DNA from: Ferruginibacter sp. | GTDB taxonomy: Bacteria; Bacteroidota; Bacteroidia; Chitinophagales; Chitinophagaceae | DNA: 64,000 bases | Assembly: GCA_040007795.1 (NCBI GenBank) | Contig: JBDTUK010000121.1 | Span: 756 to 64,755, forward strand | Reading direction: 5' to 3' | Notes under the pieces: generated by a model | Told to the model about the DNA's origin: nothing | Database searches by the model: none | The model's input: the letters and a program-made list of their open reading frames with translations, nothing else | In this document: in pieces, positions 60,286 through 64,000 of the stretch | How positions within the stretch are numbered: position 1 is the stretch's first letter | Layout: the number at the start of each line of letters is the position of its first letter | Made by a program: the position numbers and the translations under genes

Positions 60286-61373
60286 AACCATCCTCGTTTT
60301 CTGAATATCCTTACCATTGCAATCGGAATAAATAACATCAGGCCTACCGAAATAAAAAAGCCCCATTTATTATGCAGAAGCGGAATACGCTCAAAATTCA
60401 TTCCGAATATGCCACCAATTACCGTTGCGGGAGCAAGCAAACAAGTTACAACAGCCATTACCTTCATCACCTCGTTCATTTTTAAATTTACATTACTTAA
60501 ATACAGGTCGTGTAAATTCATCATCATATCCCTGTAGTTTTCTGCAAGATCATTTGCCTGAACAATGTGATCATATACGTCCTTAAAATATTTTTCTGTT
60601 CGCTCTTCAATTAAAAAACTATCGCTTCGTAAAATACCATTTACAAGTTCTCTCACCGGCGCCACGCTTCTTTTAAGAACGATCATTTCTTTACGTAATA
60701 TATTTATTTTGGCAAGGCTCCTGGTGTCGGCATTGCGTACAATATCCTCTTCTAGCCCCTCTATTTTTTCTCCAAGCTTTTCCATTACCAGAAAATAATT
60801 GTCAACGATCATATCTAAAAGTGAATAAAATAAAAAGTCAGCACCATTTTGACGAATTTTTGAGTTATTGGATTTTAGCCGCTCTCTTAGCGGATTAAAC
60901 ACATCTTTGTCTGCTTCTTCCTGGAAGCTGATCACAAAATTTTTTCCCAGCACAATGCTGATCTGCTCTACTTCCACGGCAGAATCTTTTTCATTGAAGT
61001 ATAACATGTTGAGCAAACAAAACAACAAGCCGTCTATCTCATCCATTTTTGGCCGCTGGCCAAGGCTTAAAATATCTTCTATAATTAAATAATGAATGCC
61101 GAAGTGGTTGCAAATAGATTCCACATCGGTTTTTCTTAAACCATCTACATTAATCCAGGAAACAGTTTGCTGGTTTATGTAAGGATAACATTCAGGTACA
61201 GAATTAAGCTCTTTAATATCTATATGGGTTGCATTATAATCATACACAAATAGCTTGGTTTCCTCAGGTTCCTGTTTTGGCGAAACAACTGTTGGATTTA
61301 CCTGCAGTACTTTTTTAGTACGTAATAATTCCAGGGGATTTAAGAGATAAGAGAAATAATTGGGGGTTGCCAT
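60282..61373 (-). CDS. corA: Magnesium/cobalt transporter CorA
   Basis: WINVDGL, EDI...QRPK, GIFGMNF signature, two C-terminal TMs. Confidence 0.93.
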   Translation of the reverse strand: MATPNYFSYLLNPLELLRTKKVLQVNPTVVSPKQEPEETKLFVYDYNATHIDIKELNSVPECYPYINQQTVSWINVDGLRKTDVESICNHFGIHYLIIEDILSLGQRPKMDEIDGLLFCLLNMLYFNEKDSAVEVEQISIVLGKNFVISFQEEADKDVFNPLRERLKSNNSKIRQNGADFLFYSLLDMIVDNYFLVMEKLGEKIEGLEEDIVRNADTRSLAKINILRKEMIVLKRSVAPVRELVNGILRSDSFLIEERTEKYFKDVYDHIVQANDLAENYRDMMMNLHDLYLSNVNLKMNEVMKVMAVVTCLLAPATVIGGIFGMNFERIPLLHNKWGFFISVGLMLFIPIAMVRIFRKRGWF

Positions 61374-61460
61374 AGATCGATATTTAAAACCAATTACAGG
61401 TAGTATTTAAAGAAAAAAAAACTAATTGAAAGTAGTATTTTTATTTTAGAATAAATTGAT

Positions 61461-61488
61461 AAAAAAAACCGAAGCGTCAACTTCGGTT
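61461..61488 (-). terminator. Intrinsic terminator
   Basis: AACCGAAG/CTTCGGTT hairpin with an A tract on the left (T tract on the minus strand). Confidence 0.65.
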
Positions 61489-61506
61489 CTATACAAAAAG
61501 TACTTT

Positions 61507-62004
61507 TTATTTTGCAGGCGGCGGAGGCGGAGGATTATCAGAGTTCCAGATATCCCTGTGCATTTTCCATTTTCCGTTTTCTTCTTTCCAAACAACAATA
61601 AACTTTCCTTTTTCAGCAGAAACATTGTCGCCAACAAACATTTCATATTTGCCGGTTTCAACAACAGCATCTTTTCCACCCATTACCTCTTCGGTAGTAA
61701 GCTTAATATTGCGGATCCCCATTTTATATCCTCCATTAAAAAAAGCAGTAATAGCCTGAGGGCCACACATCCTCGGCATGTTGGAAGGATTGATACAGGC
61801 ATCACTGGTATAACAACCAACAAATGTAACAGAATCGTTTTTTGCAAAGCATTCGCCAAAAACTTTATTACTTGCTGCAATGGCTGCTTTGGCGCTGTCA
61901 AGGCTAAATGCAGGAGTTTCCGTTTTAGCAACCTCGTTATTACATGAGGATAAAAGCAGTGTTGCCAAAACCACCGAACAAAGGCTAAAAAATATTTTTT
62001 TCAT
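61507..62004 (-). CDS. DUF4440/SnoaL (NTF2-like) lipoprotein
   Basis: Lipobox LSSC; ETGKY...KGKFIVVWKEENGKWKMHRDIWNS. Confidence 0.8.
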   Translation of the reverse strand: MKKIFFSLCSVVLATLLLSSCNNEVAKTETPAFSLDSAKAAIAASNKVFGECFAKNDSVTFVGCYTSDACINPSNMPRMCGPQAITAFFNGGYKMGIRNIKLTTEEVMGGKDAVVETGKYEMFVGDNVSAEKGKFIVVWKEENGKWKMHRDIWNSDNPPPPPPAK

Positions 62005-62070
62005 ATTTAAATTGTTTAGAGCCGTAAAGTACTAATATTAAATGGTGAAAAAATGCGGCTATTGGGTATT

Positions 62071-63336
62071 TTAATTTTTATGAGCCTGGCGCCTGCTATT
62101 AAAATTCCGCCCCTTCCCTTTGTCTGAAGAACCAAAACTCCTTGAACGTTGCTGATTTGGTTTTTGCGGAGCTGTTATTGGCCCCGAAAAAGATCCGGCA
62201 TTTAATGCAAAAGGATGATCATTAATCAATGGGATGGTTTTTCCAATTAGCTTTTGAATATCTCTTAATTCGGTTCTTTCTTCCACATCACAAAATGTAA
62301 AAGCAATACCGCTATTGCCCGCCCTGCCCGTACGGCCAATACGGTGTACATAGGTTTCAGGAACATTCGGAAGCTCAAAATTTATAACATGGGAAAGGTC
62401 ATCAATATCTATTCCTCTTGCAGCAATATCGGTTGCAACCAGCACCCTTAGGTTTCCATTTTTGAAGTTACTCAGTGCATTTTGACGTGCATTTTGAGAT
62501 TTGTTTCCATGAATAGCAGCAGCAGTTATGTTTGCACGGTGTAAAAATTTAACTACCTTATCTGCACCATGTTTGGTACGGGTAAAAACCAGGGCAGTAG
62601 TAATAATTTCATCTTTTAATAAATGTAAAAGCAGGTTGGGTTTATTTTGCTTATCTACATAAAAGAGATTTTGGTCAATAGCATCAACAGTTGAAGATGC
62701 TGGCGTAACCTCAACCTTAGCCGGATTGGTTAATAAAACATTTGCCAGCTTTTGAATTTCCGGAGGCATAGTAGCAGAGAAAAAAAGCGTCTGCCTTTTT
62801 GCAGGAAGTTTGGTGATGATCCTTTTTACGTCGTGTATAAAACCCATATCCAGCATCCGGTCTGCCTCGTCCAGCACAAAGATCTTCAGGTATTTTAGAT
62901 CAATAAAACCCTGGCTTATCAGGTCCAGCAAGCGGCCAGGCGTAGCAACCAAAATATCTATACCACGCCTTAAAATATTGGTTTGTTGTAATTGCGATAC
63001 GCCGCCAAAAATTACCGTATGCGTAAGCCCGGTATATTTTCCATAAGCTGCAAAACTTTCATCAATCTGGATAGCAAGTTCCCTGGTAGGAGTTAATATC
63101 AATACTTTTATATTTCGTGGGCCCCGCTCCTGTTGTTTATCCTGATATAGTAGTTGTAAAATAGGGATTGCGAATGCCGCAGTTTTCCCGGTACCGGTCT
63201 GGGCACAGCCAAGCAGATCTCTTCTTTCTAAAATTAAGGGGATAGACTGTGCCTGTATTGGCGTGGGTGTAGTGTACCCTTCGGCGTCCAATGCTTTCAG
63301 GATAGGATCAATTAAATCTAATTTTTTAAATGCCAT
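62071..63336 (-). CDS. DEAD-box RNA helicase (RhlE-like)
   Basis: AQTGTGKT, PTRELA, TPGRL, DEAD, SAT, ARGID, HRIGRTGR. Confidence 0.95.
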   Translation of the reverse strand: MAFKKLDLIDPILKALDAEGYTTPTPIQAQSIPLILERRDLLGCAQTGTGKTAAFAIPILQLLYQDKQQERGPRNIKVLILTPTRELAIQIDESFAAYGKYTGLTHTVIFGGVSQLQQTNILRRGIDILVATPGRLLDLISQGFIDLKYLKIFVLDEADRMLDMGFIHDVKRIITKLPAKRQTLFFSATMPPEIQKLANVLLTNPAKVEVTPASSTVDAIDQNLFYVDKQNKPNLLLHLLKDEIITTALVFTRTKHGADKVVKFLHRANITAAAIHGNKSQNARQNALSNFKNGNLRVLVATDIAARGIDIDDLSHVINFELPNVPETYVHRIGRTGRAGNSGIAFTFCDVEERTELRDIQKLIGKTIPLINDHPFALNAGSFSGPITAPQKPNQQRSRSFGSSDKGKGRNFNSRRQAHKN

Positions 63337-63554
63337 TAAATGGTTTTTTTAATAAGGCTGGCAAAGACGTTGCATTTTCTGAATCAGCAGGAAAATATTT
63401 GTTTACCACATTGGCTTGCAACAAGCGTATCTTAGTTAAGGAGTGGAATGTAAAATTAAGCTTTTGTTTTTTAATGAAGAATAAAACAGAAATCTGTACT
63501 TAAACAAGGCCATATTATATATCCAATTCGTAAATTAGCATATAATTCAACTTC

Positions 63555-64000
63555 ATGCCAACCCTCACTATTACTACCATACAAAGTAATTTACTTTGGG
63601 AAGAAAAGTCAGCAAATCTGAATATACTTGAAAAAAAAATTGCAGGTATTGAGGATAAAACCGAGATCGTTGTTTTGCCTGAAATGTTTAGTACCGGCTT
63701 TAGTATGAAGCCTGAACAGCTGGCCGAAACCATGGATGGCGAAACTATACAGTGGATGAAAAGAGTGAGCAGAGAAAACGGTATCATACTTACAGGAAGC
63801 GTTATTGTTGAAGAGAAAAGAAATTATTTTAATCGCCTGATATGGATGCTGCCCAATGGGCAGTATGGGCAATATGATAAACGACACCTGTTTGCTTATG
63901 CAGAAGAGGATAAACATTACAGCCCGGGAAACAAAAGGCTGATAGCTTCTGTAAAAGGATGGAAAATAAATTTGCAGGTCTGCTATGATTTGAGATTTCC
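63555..64000 (+). CDS. Nitrilase-family amidohydrolase (YafV-like), truncated by window end
   Basis: Own translation: MPTLTITTIQSNLLWE...VLPEMFSTGF...YDKRHLF...VCYDLRF; not in the ORF track because it runs off the edge. Confidence 0.9.
   Translation, partial: MPTLTITTIQSNLLWEEKSANLNILEKKIAGIEDKTEIVVLPEMFSTGFSMKPEQLAETMDGETIQWMKRVSRENGIILTGSVIVEEKRNYFNRLIWMLPNGQYGQYDKRHLFAYAEEDKHYSPGNKRLIASVKGWKINLQVCYDLRF

Overview
AT-rich chromosomal window from a Bacteroidota bacterium, most likely Chitinophagaceae-like. This rests on TAnnTTTG promoter elements, a T9SS type-B cargo protein and typical gene content. It appears to span the replication-origin region: a parS palindrome lies upstream of mnmG (52269-52284), and the 56966-57559 intergenic region carries many DnaA-box-like 9-mers plus a tandem-box/GC/DnaA-trio module. 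Housekeeping genes include dnaN, kdsB, kdsD, manC, recQ, recX, ssb, mnmG, ybeY, nadD, nadA, corA, a DEAD-box helicase and tRNA-Phe(GAA). Three accessory cassettes stand out. (1) 31573-35736: a SET-domain protein, a Ddl-like ATP-grasp ligase, an ATP-grasp/SET fusion and a stand-alone ABC membrane domain, suggesting an undescribed methylated-peptide or protein-modification pathway. (2) 8658-17020: four exported proteins (a putative OM barrel, two proteins with FnIII/TANFOR-like repeats and a Cys-rich adhesin-like protein). The two largest share an unannotated Cys-rich domain and none has a recognisable T9SS CTD, suggesting a dedicated surface-display or secretion system. (3) 41471-49673: signal-peptide-bearing caspase-like, TPR-CHAT and astacin-like proteases, a possible extracytoplasmic protease cascade. 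Also present are a KdnB-like Kdo oxidase, an orphan terpene-synthase-fold gene, REP-like palindromes and a decayed DUF3089-like pseudogene. All family assignments come from motif recognition by eye; no database searches were run.
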